Shown piece by piece: positions 7,754 to 18,126 of a DNA stretch of 39,690 nt. Position numbers and translations under genes: made by a program. Source of the DNA: a virus. Its lineage: Duplodnaviria; Heunggongvirae; Uroviricota; Caudoviricetes. Below the pieces are notes generated by a model that saw only the letters and a list, made by a program, of their open reading frames with translations, was not told the origin of the DNA and did no database searches. Each line of letters opens with the position of its first letter. Position 1 is the stretch's first letter. Location of the stretch: IMG/VR virus record IMGVR_UViG_2734482571_000007; one strand, given 5' to 3'.

Positions 7754-8826
7754 GTGATTTCTCCTACCGTCAGCAGCTCACTGTCTCCCGCCTGAACTGA
7801 CGTCAGCGGACTGCGCACTTCAAAATCCTCCAGATTTTTCACCCCTGCCACCGCCCGCCAGAAAGACGACGGCAGAACCAGACCGCCGGGCCGGGATTCG
7901 TTATACAACAGGTCGGTCAGCGCCTGTTTTACGGCCGCCTGATTCTCCGGTGTTTTCGGGATGATCCTGATGCTGAAGGGCACCGGCTTATTGGTCAGTT
8001 TAAACACGGTCACCGTCGGCCCCAGAGGCTGTCCGACAGGCTGGCCGGTCGCCGGATCATCATGACTGCGGATATAATCCGCCACCCGCTGAACATCACC
8101 GTCACCGGGGAAAATATCCGGGTTATTATCCTGAACAAACGTTACCCCCACGCTGCCCGCCTGCGGCCATTCCGGGCGGCACCATGCCCGCGTCACGCCC
8201 GGCACTTCACGCGCCCAGCGTTCAAAATCATACTGCGTGCCGCCGGACGGTGGATTCTGCACCCGGAAAACCAGACGGGAAAGCAGCTCCGGCACGGTTT
8301 CCACATCCGCACCACCGGTGATCCCCGTTCCGGTCACCGTGGCCGTCTGGTTGATCCCCGCCTGCGGTGTGATAAATGTCAGTTTTGTCCCTGCCGGGGC
8401 ATTCCCCGCACGACCGGCACTTTCGGCTTCCACACTGACATTCAGCGTACCGGCCTTACCGGTCAGGGAGGTGGTGATACGGTAAACCACGCCATCACTT
8501 CGCTGGAGAAGCACACCTTCCTTGATCCCCGCATCCGTGGTCAGCATCAGCTGAACCGGCCCGTCCCCCCGAGAGGCAGGCTTACGCATGACGCCCCAGA
8601 ATGCACAGTGTTTCAGCAGTTCGGCTTCATCGGCTTCGGTCGGGATGATCTGACGCGCAATCCAGGCCAGATGCTCATGCTCCTGAGCAGATAACCCTGC
8701 CTGAGCGTAAGCAATGGCATTCAGGGTGGTTTCATTCACACCCGGCTGCGAGCCGGGCAGGCGCTGGCTGATATCCTGCTGTGTCTGCGTGATTAACTGT
8801 GCCAGCGGTAAAGGCTGATAAGGCAT
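7744..8826 (-). CDS. Baseplate J-like protein (Mu gp47-like)
   Basis: 360 aa; position and size in the baseplate cluster. Confidence 0.7.
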   Translation of the reverse strand: MPYQPLPLAQLITQTQQDISQRLPGSQPGVNETTLNAIAYAQAGLSAQEHEHLAWIARQIIPTEADEAELLKHCAFWGVMRKPASRGDGPVQLMLTTDAGIKEGVLLQRSDGVVYRITTSLTGKAGTLNVSVEAESAGRAGNAPAGTKLTFITPQAGINQTATVTGTGITGGADVETVPELLSRLVFRVQNPPSGGTQYDFERWAREVPGVTRAWCRPEWPQAGSVGVTFVQDNNPDIFPGDGDVQRVADYIRSHDDPATGQPVGQPLGPTVTVFKLTNKPVPFSIRIIPKTPENQAAVKQALTDLLYNESRPGGLVLPSSFWRAVAGVKNLEDFEVRSPLTSVQAGDSELLTVGEITWL

Positions 8827-9263
8827 TACTCCCCCTTAAGATCAGCATAAAAAATCATGGGCCTCACTGAACCATCAGGCAGGGTTATGCGCACCGAAAG
8901 CGCCAGCCGCGCGTGTCCCACACGTTCTGCATGACAGACCACGGATGACGCCACGCCATCCTGACTGAGCCAGCCCAGCGCCTCATCCGCGTAAGCACGG
9001 GCACGGCTTATCACCGAGGCCAGCGTTTTTTCCCGGCTGAGAAGCCACAGACGGGAGCCAATGGGGCGCGGGCGAAAACTGTCTCCCCACCATCCCCGGC
9101 GGTCGCGCGTACCGTCAGGGATTTCATCCGATGCCAGCGCCCGGCGGTCAGTAAACAGCGAAATCAGAACGGCCGTCAGCAGACTGTCATCCGTCAGCAA
9201 GTCGGCACCGTTCAGTTGCAGCGAACCGCACCCCTGATCCCATACAATTGCAATATCAGCCAT
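8826..9263 (-). CDS. Baseplate protein (Mu gp46 / P2 gpW-like); start at internal Met MADIAIVWD
   Basis: ATG at 9263 overlaps the stop of the upstream gene (AATGGCTGA); the longer ORF to 9407 would overlap gp45 heavily. Confidence 0.6.
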   Translation of the reverse strand: MADIAIVWDQGCGSLQLNGADLLTDDSLLTAVLISLFTDRRALASDEIPDGTRDRRGWWGDSFRPRPIGSRLWLLSREKTLASVISRARAYADEALGWLSQDGVASSVVCHAERVGHARLALSVRITLPDGSVRPMIFYADLKGE

Positions 9264-9870
9264 TCTCCGGCGCTCCTGTCTTACTGCCTTTGCCGTTATC
9301 CTGATGCACATGGCCGGAATAGGTGATCCCGGCAATAACGGCATCAGACATCGTGAACAGCCCGTCTGATTTACCTGTACCATCAAGCACGAAATTACCC
9401 TTAACATGCAGGTTTTTATCCACCGTCACATTGCCCGTAAAGGTGGCCTCCGGCGTATCCACCCGCATCCCCTCATCGGCGTAAATCTCCAGCATTTTGC
9501 ATGTCACAATAATGCGACCATCCTTTGTTAACCGTATCCGGTGCCCCTCATGGTGATACACCCCCGTATCTCCGGCTGTGAGTCCGGTCGGGCGGCTGCG
9601 CCGGTCTTCCACCACAAGCACCACAGTCTGATCCCGCTGTCCGCCCAGACAGGCAAAAAAGGTTTCCGCACCCGGCAGGGGAACGCTGATCTGCCCGTAC
9701 TGCTGGGGACGCTCCACATCATCAAAGGTTTCGCCGTCCATGCCGGTGAGCTGCACATTCTGCATTTTCAGTTCGTCATGTGTGCCGGTCAGAACGCCCC
9801 GGCCAAACAACAGGCGAATACCGCGCGTTACCGGGGCAATCAGGCGGCTGAACACTTCATCATTCATCAA
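9256..9870 (-). CDS. Baseplate central spike protein (Mu gp45 / P2 gpV-like)
   Basis: 204 aa; position after the hub gene. Confidence 0.65.
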   Translation of the reverse strand: MMNDEVFSRLIAPVTRGIRLLFGRGVLTGTHDELKMQNVQLTGMDGETFDDVERPQQYGQISVPLPGAETFFACLGGQRDQTVVLVVEDRRSRPTGLTAGDTGVYHHEGHRIRLTKDGRIIVTCKMLEIYADEGMRVDTPEATFTGNVTVDKNLHVKGNFVLDGTGKSDGLFTMSDAVIAGITYSGHVHQDNGKGSKTGAPENG

Positions 9871-10984
9871 AGCTGATCCCCTGTTTTTTCATCTGCTGGC
9901 GAATAAAGGCATCAACATCGTCACCGGAACCACCCCGGCCCTTACTGTCCGGCTCTGCCGGAACGATAAAGCCGTCACGCGGTGCCAGTACCAGCCGGGT
10001 GACTTCCCCGTTATGTTCATCAAGTAAAAACTCCACCTGACAGACCAGCAGTTCAGTCTGTTCTATACCGAAACGCAGGGCTGAAACACCGGTCAGCAGA
10101 TTGACATCCCATAACCGGCCATCATCCCGGAACCAGCCACGCACGGTGGCAGAAAACCGTTCTGAACGGGCAATCGCACGGCGCATTTCACGCAGGGCAC
10201 GCTGCCGTGCACCGGTGGTGTCTGTCTGTTGATCGGCGAGGATGATTTTCGACCGGTAGCGGCCGATCTGCTCATCACTGATGACGCCCACAGGTGCTGC
10301 CAGACGGGCGGCGGATTCGCTGTCTCCCCGTTTGCCACCACCGCGCCCGTGTCCCCGGACACGGTATTCGCTGTATCGTCCTCGCCAGTCCGTGTTGTAA
10401 TCGGCATCAAGCAGGTTATCTCCCAGCACCAGTCTGTCCGTCTGCTGGCTTCCTGCCTGGGTGAACACCAGATCGCCGTCAGCATTACTGGTCACCAGCA
10501 CCCCGCGATGCCGGGCAGCACGGGTCAGCGCATCCGCCACGGTTTCTGAGTTTTCCAGCGTAAAAGAGCTGAAGGGGCGTGCAGCCGTGTCGTCGTTAAC
10601 CTGCCAGCGCACGGCTATCCCGAAGGGCGCACATAAATCTGCGGCAATCTGTGCCAGCGTCCGGTTGCGCCACTGGCTGCCGGGATGGATGGCGGCACAG
10701 TCCACCAGGTCGCCGGTTTTATCCCGACCGCTGATGCTGATCTGATGACGGGTTGCACTGATCCGCTGACTGACCTGATCCAGCCAGCCACTGATGACCG
10801 TCTGCCCGTTAATTCTGAGCGTCAGGGACTGACCGGTTCGCAGGGCTGAGGGGATGCGCTCACCGGGCAGCATCAGCCCCAGTTCAAACGACCCGGCCAG
10901 ATGCTCCAGCGAGCGACGGACGCTGACCGTCAGCCAGCCGGAAAAAATACTGCCACCGATATACAGTTCAATCCTGCTGCTCAC
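9860..10984 (-). CDS. Baseplate hub / tail protein P (Mu gp44 / P2 gpD-like)
   Basis: 374 aa; position between N and the spike gene. Confidence 0.7.
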   Translation of the reverse strand: MSSRIELYIGGSIFSGWLTVSVRRSLEHLAGSFELGLMLPGERIPSALRTGQSLTLRINGQTVISGWLDQVSQRISATRHQISISGRDKTGDLVDCAAIHPGSQWRNRTLAQIAADLCAPFGIAVRWQVNDDTAARPFSSFTLENSETVADALTRAARHRGVLVTSNADGDLVFTQAGSQQTDRLVLGDNLLDADYNTDWRGRYSEYRVRGHGRGGGKRGDSESAARLAAPVGVISDEQIGRYRSKIILADQQTDTTGARQRALREMRRAIARSERFSATVRGWFRDDGRLWDVNLLTGVSALRFGIEQTELLVCQVEFLLDEHNGEVTRLVLAPRDGFIVPAEPDSKGRGGSGDDVDAFIRQQMKKQGISFDE

Positions 10985-12326
10985 TGATCACCTCCACGCT
11001 GCGGCCACCCGGAACAAAAACCGGATCGGGGATATTGTTTCTGCGGACAAAATACTGCCAGCGACTGCTGTTGCCGGTGGCACGGTACAGCGTGACCAGT
11101 GCCGGTTCGGTGGTGCGAACCATGACCTGAAAAGCACCGGGAAGATGCACGCTCCGTGTGGTTAAATCTTCTGTCAGCGCAAGCCCTGCATCACGTAATG
11201 CAAGGGCAGTCCCGGTATAGCCCTGTGCGGACAGATCCAGCACCTGTTGTTCCATGGCATCGCTCAAATCCCGGTTGATACGCTGCACATCAGCAGAACT
11301 TTCCAGCCAGGCCAGTCCGCCCGAACGGTCAGTATCCTGAACGTGCGTCGTATTCTGCCGGATGACCTGATCCAGCAGTTTTCCGAGCGTCTGTGCCTGC
11401 GACACCAGGGTTGCACTCTGCATCACGCTCCGCAGCAGACGGATATTTTTCTGTGCCGCAGGCGTCAGGCCAATCAGGCGCTGTGGATCATCCTGTTCGC
11501 TGAGGGTGTAACGCAGGGAGGAAAGTGTGCGGTACAGCTGCGGCATGGCCTGCTCTGCCATGCTGTCACGGTTTGTGGTCAGGCTGCCGGACGGCGTTCC
11601 GGCTTTTCCGGTCAGAGACAGGGAAGGATCGCCGGGCAGCCCGGTCAGCACGGCAAACATTCCGGCCAGCGATTCAGCCATGCGACGGGGCGCATTAATC
11701 AGGGCGGCGGCATTGCCTTTCAGGGCAGTAAAACTGGCCGTAAAGGCACTGATATCCTGCACAATCCCCATCCCCGAAACGGCATTCTCCAGTGCATCAA
11801 TCTTATCGCTGATGGTGTCGGTCATGGCCTGTACATCATGCAGACCGTCTGAAATCACCGTCCAGCCGTCTGAAAGCGTGTTAAACAGCTGATTCATTGC
11901 TGAGCCGCTTTTCTGCTCCAGCGCAGCTGCCGTATCTTCTGCCACCGCAGGGGCGGTATCGTCACTGGCGGGGATCACGTTGATCGTGAACTCAACCGTT
12001 CCCTGCTCGCTGGCGTTATAACGGCTTTCAAAGCTGTTTATCAGCACGTTTAACGTGCCGTAATCCGGGTGCATCAGTTCACCGGCACCGGGTGCACGCA
12101 GCGCATCACGCAGGCGGCTTCGCTGTGTCTGAAGATCGTCTCCGGTCACCAGAACCGTGAATGTGAACTCCGGGAGTTTTGGCCCCAGATCATCCGCACC
12201 GCCGCTTTCACGCAGTGGGTATTCACGGCGCACAATGTTACGTCCGCCCCGTTCCCGCTGCTCCTGATAAACCAGGAACGGTACGCCACGAAAGGAGCCA
12301 CGCCCCGGCGTGTCAGTAGAGGCCAT
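10968..12326 (-). CDS. Mu N-like tail protein (DNA circularisation protein)
   Basis: 452 aa; directly after the tape measure gene. Confidence 0.7.
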   Translation of the reverse strand: MASTDTPGRGSFRGVPFLVYQEQRERGGRNIVRREYPLRESGGADDLGPKLPEFTFTVLVTGDDLQTQRSRLRDALRAPGAGELMHPDYGTLNVLINSFESRYNASEQGTVEFTINVIPASDDTAPAVAEDTAAALEQKSGSAMNQLFNTLSDGWTVISDGLHDVQAMTDTISDKIDALENAVSGMGIVQDISAFTASFTALKGNAAALINAPRRMAESLAGMFAVLTGLPGDPSLSLTGKAGTPSGSLTTNRDSMAEQAMPQLYRTLSSLRYTLSEQDDPQRLIGLTPAAQKNIRLLRSVMQSATLVSQAQTLGKLLDQVIRQNTTHVQDTDRSGGLAWLESSADVQRINRDLSDAMEQQVLDLSAQGYTGTALALRDAGLALTEDLTTRSVHLPGAFQVMVRTTEPALVTLYRATGNSSRWQYFVRRNNIPDPVFVPGGRSVEVISEQQD

Positions 12327-14370
12327 AGTTCCCTCCGTTCCAGACGTTCACATCCAGGCCATGCTGTGCGGTATCATCCACATCAATACTGCGCGCCCGC
12401 CAGCCTTCAGGGGCAACAAGCTCCACCCGTGCGGCGGTTTTCGCGGTGGCCTGTCCGCCGTTTTCGTCACTGCCGCCACGCAGTTTCTGCCAGGCCTGCG
12501 TCAGCCAGCCCCCCAGATAATCACCGAGATAGCTGCCCACCGTGGAACCAATGGCAACCCCGACCGGACCGGCAGCCGCCCCCAGCGCGCCACCGGCGAT
12601 ACTTCCGGCAAGGGAACCCACGGCACCGGCTTTATCGGCTGCACTGGCGCTGCTGTCCAGCAGTACAGGAGCCGCCATGGCACCGGCCCACAGGGCACCA
12701 CCACCCAGCCGACCGGCACCACGGAACAGCCCGGCAAAACGCCCCAGCCCCATGCGGTTTCCGGCCGCCGTTAGCAGACCACCGGCACGGCTCATCATAC
12801 GACCGAAGAAGCCCTGTTTACCGGCACTCTCCGCCAGTTGCTCACCGGCAGTCACGACGGTCGTGACACCCCGTCCACGTCCGGGGCCGCGTTTTTTACG
12901 GCCGCGCACGGTTTTGCCGTCACCGCTGACCACCACATCCCCGCCACCTGAGGCCAGGCCACCCGCAGGCCAATTGGTGACCAGCACGGGCTGAACGGCA
13001 GCCGGATTTACCCCGGTAAGGAAATTCAGGAACCGGCCAGCGCGTCCGGGCTGCGTTCCCGGTACAGTGGTCTGCGGTTTGCGGAAGGGCGACGTCAGCA
13101 CGGAGGTCATCGCCATGCCATAGCGTAAGGGGGTTGCGCCGAGACGTAATGCCCCCGTCCCCGCAAACCTGAGCACCTTCAGCGCACGGGAGGCGAGATA
13201 CATATACATCAGGTACTTTGCGGCGGTCTGCGCACCCTGACCAATGCGATCCAGCGCATCGCCATAACCGGCGTCGCGCAGTGCCTGAAGCGTTTCCCTG
13301 ACTTTCTGAATGACCCGGTAAAAGCCGGTCGCAGCGTCTCTGGCATACTCAAATCCCTGATTCAGGGCTGAGGCCGTCTGTGTGGCCAGCTTATCCTGTA
13401 AGCCGCTTTTCTGTGCCGCATCAGCATAATCCAGAAAGCCTTTCAGGCTCTTTTTCAGGCTGTCAAACGGTCCCTTTGCCATCACCTCGCGGGCAAATCC
13501 GTCCCAGACATCGCCCATCATGGACGTCATTCCCGTCCAGGAATTCATGGCGTTTTTCTGGGCACCTTTTGCCTGTTCGGCCATCACCTGAAATAACAGG
13601 CGAATGCTGTCCGGTCCCAGTTTTCCTTTCTCGCCTTTCTCACGGATGATCTTCTGGTTTACACCCAGCTTATCGGCCAGCAACTGGTAAACGTTAATCC
13701 CGTATCCGGTCAGAATATTGGCGTCCGCTGCCTGGATACTCTGGCGGGCAAACATCTGTTTGAGTTGCAGGGACGCACCCTGTGCATCTGACAGTGACCA
13801 GCCGTGATAGCCGCCCTGATCCTGAAGCATGGTAATAAAGCGACGGGCTTCCCTGTCACTCATACCGAACCCGCGACTGGAGGCGTATTCCTGCATAACC
13901 CCCGCCAGCCCCCAGGTGGTGTCTTTGGCGTTCTGTACCGCCCAGGCTTTCACTGCTTCCGTTTTTGCCGTATCGCCATGATTAATGGCGTTGAGACGCA
14001 GAATATAGTTCTCCATCTCTGCGGCCGGGCGGATAAAGGCTTTATTAAACCCGTAGACCGCAGCCCCTCCCGCCAGCATCCCGTAAAGGTTGCTTATCCG
14101 CCCGATGGTGCCGGTAATGCTGCCCTGAAGGCGGTCAAAATCTGACGTCACCGTGCGGATACTGCCACGAACACCGGCAAGCGTTCGCTGCATACGGGAG
14201 CCGACAAGTTCTGTCTCCTGACCGGCACGACGTGCTGCATTTCCAAGACCACCCAGCCCCGTCCTGCCGGAACGGGAGAATGCCCCCAGCTCCTGTGACC
14301 ACTGGCGGGATTTGGCAGAAATATTGCCGAGTAAATCGACAATCAGGGAGGCTTTCAGGTTTTTTGCCAT
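12313..14370 (-). CDS. Tail tape measure protein
   Basis: 685 aa; Gly/Ala-rich C-terminal repeats; position after the tail chaperone gene. Confidence 0.8.
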   Translation of the reverse strand: MAKNLKASLIVDLLGNISAKSRQWSQELGAFSRSGRTGLGGLGNAARRAGQETELVGSRMQRTLAGVRGSIRTVTSDFDRLQGSITGTIGRISNLYGMLAGGAAVYGFNKAFIRPAAEMENYILRLNAINHGDTAKTEAVKAWAVQNAKDTTWGLAGVMQEYASSRGFGMSDREARRFITMLQDQGGYHGWSLSDAQGASLQLKQMFARQSIQAADANILTGYGINVYQLLADKLGVNQKIIREKGEKGKLGPDSIRLLFQVMAEQAKGAQKNAMNSWTGMTSMMGDVWDGFAREVMAKGPFDSLKKSLKGFLDYADAAQKSGLQDKLATQTASALNQGFEYARDAATGFYRVIQKVRETLQALRDAGYGDALDRIGQGAQTAAKYLMYMYLASRALKVLRFAGTGALRLGATPLRYGMAMTSVLTSPFRKPQTTVPGTQPGRAGRFLNFLTGVNPAAVQPVLVTNWPAGGLASGGGDVVVSGDGKTVRGRKKRGPGRGRGVTTVVTAGEQLAESAGKQGFFGRMMSRAGGLLTAAGNRMGLGRFAGLFRGAGRLGGGALWAGAMAAPVLLDSSASAADKAGAVGSLAGSIAGGALGAAAGPVGVAIGSTVGSYLGDYLGGWLTQAWQKLRGGSDENGGQATAKTAARVELVAPEGWRARSIDVDDTAQHGLDVNVWNGGNYGLY

Positions 14371-14497
14371 GGGTTACTGCTTCGTTCTGAGAATTTTTTC
14401 GGTCTGTCGGCAGTGCCGGTAAAGCTGCGATAAGGGGAGGTTAAGCGCCCACTCCGGGCCGCTTTTTGTCACCATCCCCAGCACAATTGCGGCTTCT

Positions 14498-14974
14498 TCA
14501 ATCTGATCCCGGCACTGCATCTGGTCGCCCCCGTTCAGCGACCAGCTTTCCGGCCATCGCGGAATCAAGCAGGCTTACTGCCGCCATCAGTCGGGAGAGA
14601 TCGCGCTCGCTGAGCTGTCCTATCTGACGCGGAGACAATGGCCCCTCAATCTGGCCGACAGCGGCAATCTGACGGCGCAGCAGCGCAATGCCGCGCAGTG
14701 CCGGTGAGGCCACAAGAACCGGACCGTTTCGGGTTTCCATAAGACGCTCGGCCTCGCTCTCCGCATCAATGCTGTCTTTTGCCGTCAGTTCGCGGAAGGT
14801 GACGCGGTATTCACGGGATTCCCCGAACGGCAGACCGTCGAGCAGATCCACATAGCCGTTCGCCAGTTGTTCAGCCAGCCCGGCGGTGCGGGGATCGCCG
14901 TCTTCAAGTGCATCCCGGATAGCCTCCATCACGGCCTCGTCAGAAACCGCCGTTTTTTTCTTACGTGTGCTCAT
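14498..14974 (-). CDS. Tail assembly chaperone (Mu gp41-like); an overlapping frame continues to 14374
   Basis: Lies between the tail tube and tape measure genes; the overlapping ORF 14374..14568 ends exactly at the tape measure start. Confidence 0.55.
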   Translation of the reverse strand: MSTRKKKTAVSDEAVMEAIRDALEDGDPRTAGLAEQLANGYVDLLDGLPFGESREYRVTFRELTAKDSIDAESEAERLMETRNGPVLVASPALRGIALLRRQIAAVGQIEGPLSPRQIGQLSERDLSRLMAAVSLLDSAMAGKLVAERGRPDAVPGSD

Positions 14975-14988
14975 TACATTTTTCCTGA

Positions 14989-15354
14989 TTACTGGACACG
15001 GGTACTGGTGGCGCTGGCGAACTTCGCGGAGATATCACCACCACCGTCAAGCGAGGCCGGTTCACTGCTCCAGGCCTTCGTCATCATGTGGACTTCACCG
15101 GTATCGGCCACGAACTCAATCGTGACCGCAGTCCAGGTGTTGATTTCATCGGCAGCCGGTGAACCTTCTCCGCCCGCCGGGAATTTACAGTCCAGCGTCG
15201 CCTCACGGGGTTTCTCGCGATAGCCGTAAACTTTCGCGCCTTTCACCACTTCACGCTCAAAGCCGGACGGGGAGAACGTGGCCCCCTCAAGGGTGTCGTA
15301 CTCCTGCCCGTTCACACGGATGGTGGCCGTGCCCTGATACTGTTTTCCGCTCAT
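14989..15354 (-). CDS. Tail tube protein (Mu M-like)
   Basis: 121 aa; immediately after the sheath gene. Confidence 0.75.
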   Translation of the reverse strand: MSGKQYQGTATIRVNGQEYDTLEGATFSPSGFEREVVKGAKVYGYREKPREATLDCKFPAGGEGSPAADEINTWTAVTIEFVADTGEVHMMTKAWSSEPASLDGGGDISAKFASATSTRVQ

Positions 15355-15362
15355 GCCTTACC

Positions 15363-16865
15363 TCACAAAATGAAACGGATCTGCGCGGCCATGAAGCGGA
15401 ACTGGTTAACCAGATCCGGTGTACACATCACATCCAGACGGTTACGGTCTTTTGTGTTGCGCTCCACGAGCAGATTCTTTTTAAAGGTGTCCAGATTTTC
15501 GACCAGTCCCAGATCCACCCATTCTTCCCCCAGCGAAATTAACTGAAGTTTCATGATCTCCGGTGTCACGATATTCTGACCGGCACGAACGGGCGTCCCG
15601 TCATCAGCCAGTTTATGGCGCGGAAAACGCTGCGTGATAAAGGTGCGCAGGGAATAACGCAGATATGACAGGGTGTAGATGGTTTCCACATCCAGATAGC
15701 TGGGATCGATTTCGCCGTATGCATTCTGACGGTACATCGTCACCTGACGTTCAATCTGCACCACATCCGCGGCCGCGACGGTCACCGTGGACATGCCGGT
15801 ATAAAGCAGGCTGTTTCGCTCTTCCCGCGTCAGACGATCCGGTGCTTCAGGTGCCATACGGGCAGGCAGCGCCAGTGTCTGTAATGGTCGGGCCGGATCC
15901 GTTGACAGGGAGGGCGCACAGACCGCACAAATGGAGGCAGCCCAGACATAATCCGGCTCTGGTGCTTTAGGAATAGAAGTGCAGGTAAACAGGAAGTCAT
16001 TACGGGATTCACCAAAACTGGTTGCCGTACCGAAGGTGCCGGTATGCGCCATCCAGACCATACCGTCCGACATTTTTACCGGTCCCCAGCGTTTCAGCAG
16101 TTCATCCGCCAGAATTTTGAGATTTGCCGCATCCTTATAGGGCATGACGATGTAGTTGTACTGACGATTCCCCATCCCTGAGACGCTACGGGTGATATCG
16201 GGGTTTGTTGCCTTCTGTGTTGGCGCGACGAGCTCCAGCGTAAGACCGGCCGGTGTAGTTTCACCGTCATAATAGTTCACCCGTAAATCATGAGCTGAGC
16301 ATTCACCGATAAAGCGGGCGTTAACCCCCATGCTGCCTTTAAGTCCTTCAGCATTATCACCACTGACTTCAGCTGCGATAGCAGTGAATGGCGCATCAGT
16401 GTCAGCGTTAATGACCTTAGCCAGCTCTTCCACAAGCTCTTTACCTTTTTTCCCCTTACTGACGGGCAGGAGGTAACGGCGACCGCCGATGTAAACACTT
16501 AACACCCCGTCTGCCAATGCTGTTCCAATGATATTCATCACGCATGCCCTGGACTGACCTGTTCCAGCCCCCTGTGCAATGGCATATAACTCTGTGTCAG
16601 GGTTAATGGCGATAAATTCCTCTACCATCAGTGCAATCATGGAACCTCGCCCCCAGAGTTCTCTTGCTTGTGAAGCTCGGGTAATACGTACTGGTACATC
16701 AAGCTGACCGCGCCCCTGAATGGTAGTGTCTTTCATTGCAGCCTGACCAAACAACAGTACCGCCTGACGCTGTGGTGGAGTGCCGGTCACGGCCATTGAA
16801 TTATTGATTTCAATCTGTACCAGCGGAATGCGATTGTTATCGCCGATATAATCAAAGTTAATCAT
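15363..16865 (-). CDS. Contractile tail sheath protein (Mu L-like)
   Basis: 500 aa; position in the tail cluster. Confidence 0.85.
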   Translation of the reverse strand: MINFDYIGDNNRIPLVQIEINNSMAVTGTPPQRQAVLLFGQAAMKDTTIQGRGQLDVPVRITRASQARELWGRGSMIALMVEEFIAINPDTELYAIAQGAGTGQSRACVMNIIGTALADGVLSVYIGGRRYLLPVSKGKKGKELVEELAKVINADTDAPFTAIAAEVSGDNAEGLKGSMGVNARFIGECSAHDLRVNYYDGETTPAGLTLELVAPTQKATNPDITRSVSGMGNRQYNYIVMPYKDAANLKILADELLKRWGPVKMSDGMVWMAHTGTFGTATSFGESRNDFLFTCTSIPKAPEPDYVWAASICAVCAPSLSTDPARPLQTLALPARMAPEAPDRLTREERNSLLYTGMSTVTVAAADVVQIERQVTMYRQNAYGEIDPSYLDVETIYTLSYLRYSLRTFITQRFPRHKLADDGTPVRAGQNIVTPEIMKLQLISLGEEWVDLGLVENLDTFKKNLLVERNTKDRNRLDVMCTPDLVNQFRFMAAQIRFIL

Positions 16866-17143
16866 CAGGACGTCCCCTTATCTGATGCTGCGGTTTTTTC
16901 AGCCACCGCCGCAGTTTTTTCTGCTACCGCTCCCGCTGGTTTTGCCGCCGCGCCGGTATTAGCAGTTGTGGCAGCCGGGGCAGGCTCCGCCGTTTTATCC
17001 ACCACAATGACGTCGCCATCATTAAGACGGCGGCACCAGAACGGAGTGAAGGGTTTCTCTTCCCCGTCCTGAGAGAGCGGAGTCATCGTGTCGGGATCGC
17101 GGATCAGGCATCCCGGCGCAGGTTTAATAAAAATGGTTGTCAT
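16865..17143 (-). CDS. Phage protein (Mu gp38-like), Ala-rich C-terminus
   Basis: Position before the sheath gene; overlapping start/stop. Confidence 0.5.
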   Translation of the reverse strand: MTTIFIKPAPGCLIRDPDTMTPLSQDGEEKPFTPFWCRRLNDGDVIVVDKTAEPAPAATTANTGAAAKPAGAVAEKTAAVAEKTAASDKGTS

Positions 17144-17146
17144 CTG

Positions 17147-17710
17147 TTATTCCTCTGACAGTCCGGCGTTTTCACCGGCGGCAGTTGCACCAGGCAGACG
17201 GATGTGTGCCTTAAATTCCGGCGTGCCTTCCGGTTCGGTAAAGGTTTCGTAATGGCGCAGGAAATCATCCAGCGAGCTGATATCCGTCAGCGGGTCGATC
17301 ATTTCCTCGCATGAGAAATACAGGGCGTACATCACGGCACCGCTGCCTGCCTGCGTTTCGGTGTAACCGTTGACCGCCTTTTCAAAGTAAAGCGGTGAGG
17401 TTTTTTCTGCTCTGAAGCCGTCCAGCACGGTAATCAGGCGGGCCACAATCTGATAAAGCCCGGGACGGCTGACCTCACGGCCATTGAGCATGTCGCCGAT
17501 GACGTAGAACACCCAGTGACTGACCAGACGCCCACGGGTACGCCCTTCACCGGCACCCAGCCAGGCAACATAGATAGCCGGGGCGTTAATCAGCATGGTG
17601 CGCAGTACGCTGTCGCTCCAGTCGCCGGGATGTGTGTCAACAGACACCAGTTCATTCCCGAAATACTCACGGATACGGGCGATGTACGCCTGCTCGGTTT
17701 CCGTAATCAT
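17147..17710 (-). CDS. Head-tail joining/neck protein (Mu gp37-like)
   Basis: Position in the neck region; 187 aa. Confidence 0.5.
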   Translation of the reverse strand: MITETEQAYIARIREYFGNELVSVDTHPGDWSDSVLRTMLINAPAIYVAWLGAGEGRTRGRLVSHWVFYVIGDMLNGREVSRPGLYQIVARLITVLDGFRAEKTSPLYFEKAVNGYTETQAGSGAVMYALYFSCEEMIDPLTDISSLDDFLRHYETFTEPEGTPEFKAHIRLPGATAAGENAGLSEE

Positions 17711-18126
17711 ATAAAGCCCTTCTGGTTGCGCCCGAACACCGCCGCATCAGACTGCACCTGCGGTAAATCCCCGGATTCAGGGGCCGCACCGTCTGTATCC
17801 ACGCCGACCGGCACGTTACCGTTCATGACATCTTTCAGCCAGGCCAGCGCCTCACGGTAACGGTCACGCGCCTGATCGGATGCCCGCTGATCGCACAGGT
17901 AATAAAAGGCAATCGTGCAGCAATGCTGAACAAGGACCGCCGGAACCACCGCCAGCGGCAGCGTGTAACGGGAAGACAGATAGCTGTCGATAAGGGCAGA
18001 CGCGTCCGTCAGTGCCCGGTTCAGCTTGCGCGTGTCCGGTTCATCCGAACGGGGCACGGCCAGTAATGGCCTGAGCAAATCCTCGCGGTAACGTGCCCGC
18101 ATATCGGTTTCGGTGGCGTAATTCAT
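17707..18126 (-). CDS. Head completion/neck protein (Mu gp36-like)
   Basis: Position; 139 aa. Confidence 0.5.
   Translation of the reverse strand: MNYATETDMRARYREDLLRPLLAVPRSDEPDTRKLNRALTDASALIDSYLSSRYTLPLAVVPAVLVQHCCTIAFYYLCDQRASDQARDRYREALAWLKDVMNGNVPVGVDTDGAAPESGDLPQVQSDAAVFGRNQKGFI

Noticed and set aside
12069-12866. Long plus-strand ORFs (265 aa here; also 8062..8694, 11247..11852, 19476..20039, 23711..24310, 26258..26878, 35579..36136, 36428..36946)
   Set aside because: They lie antisense to clearly recognisable minus-strand phage genes in GC-rich DNA, have Pro/Arg/Gly-rich low-complexity translations and no ribosome-binding sites; shadow ORFs.
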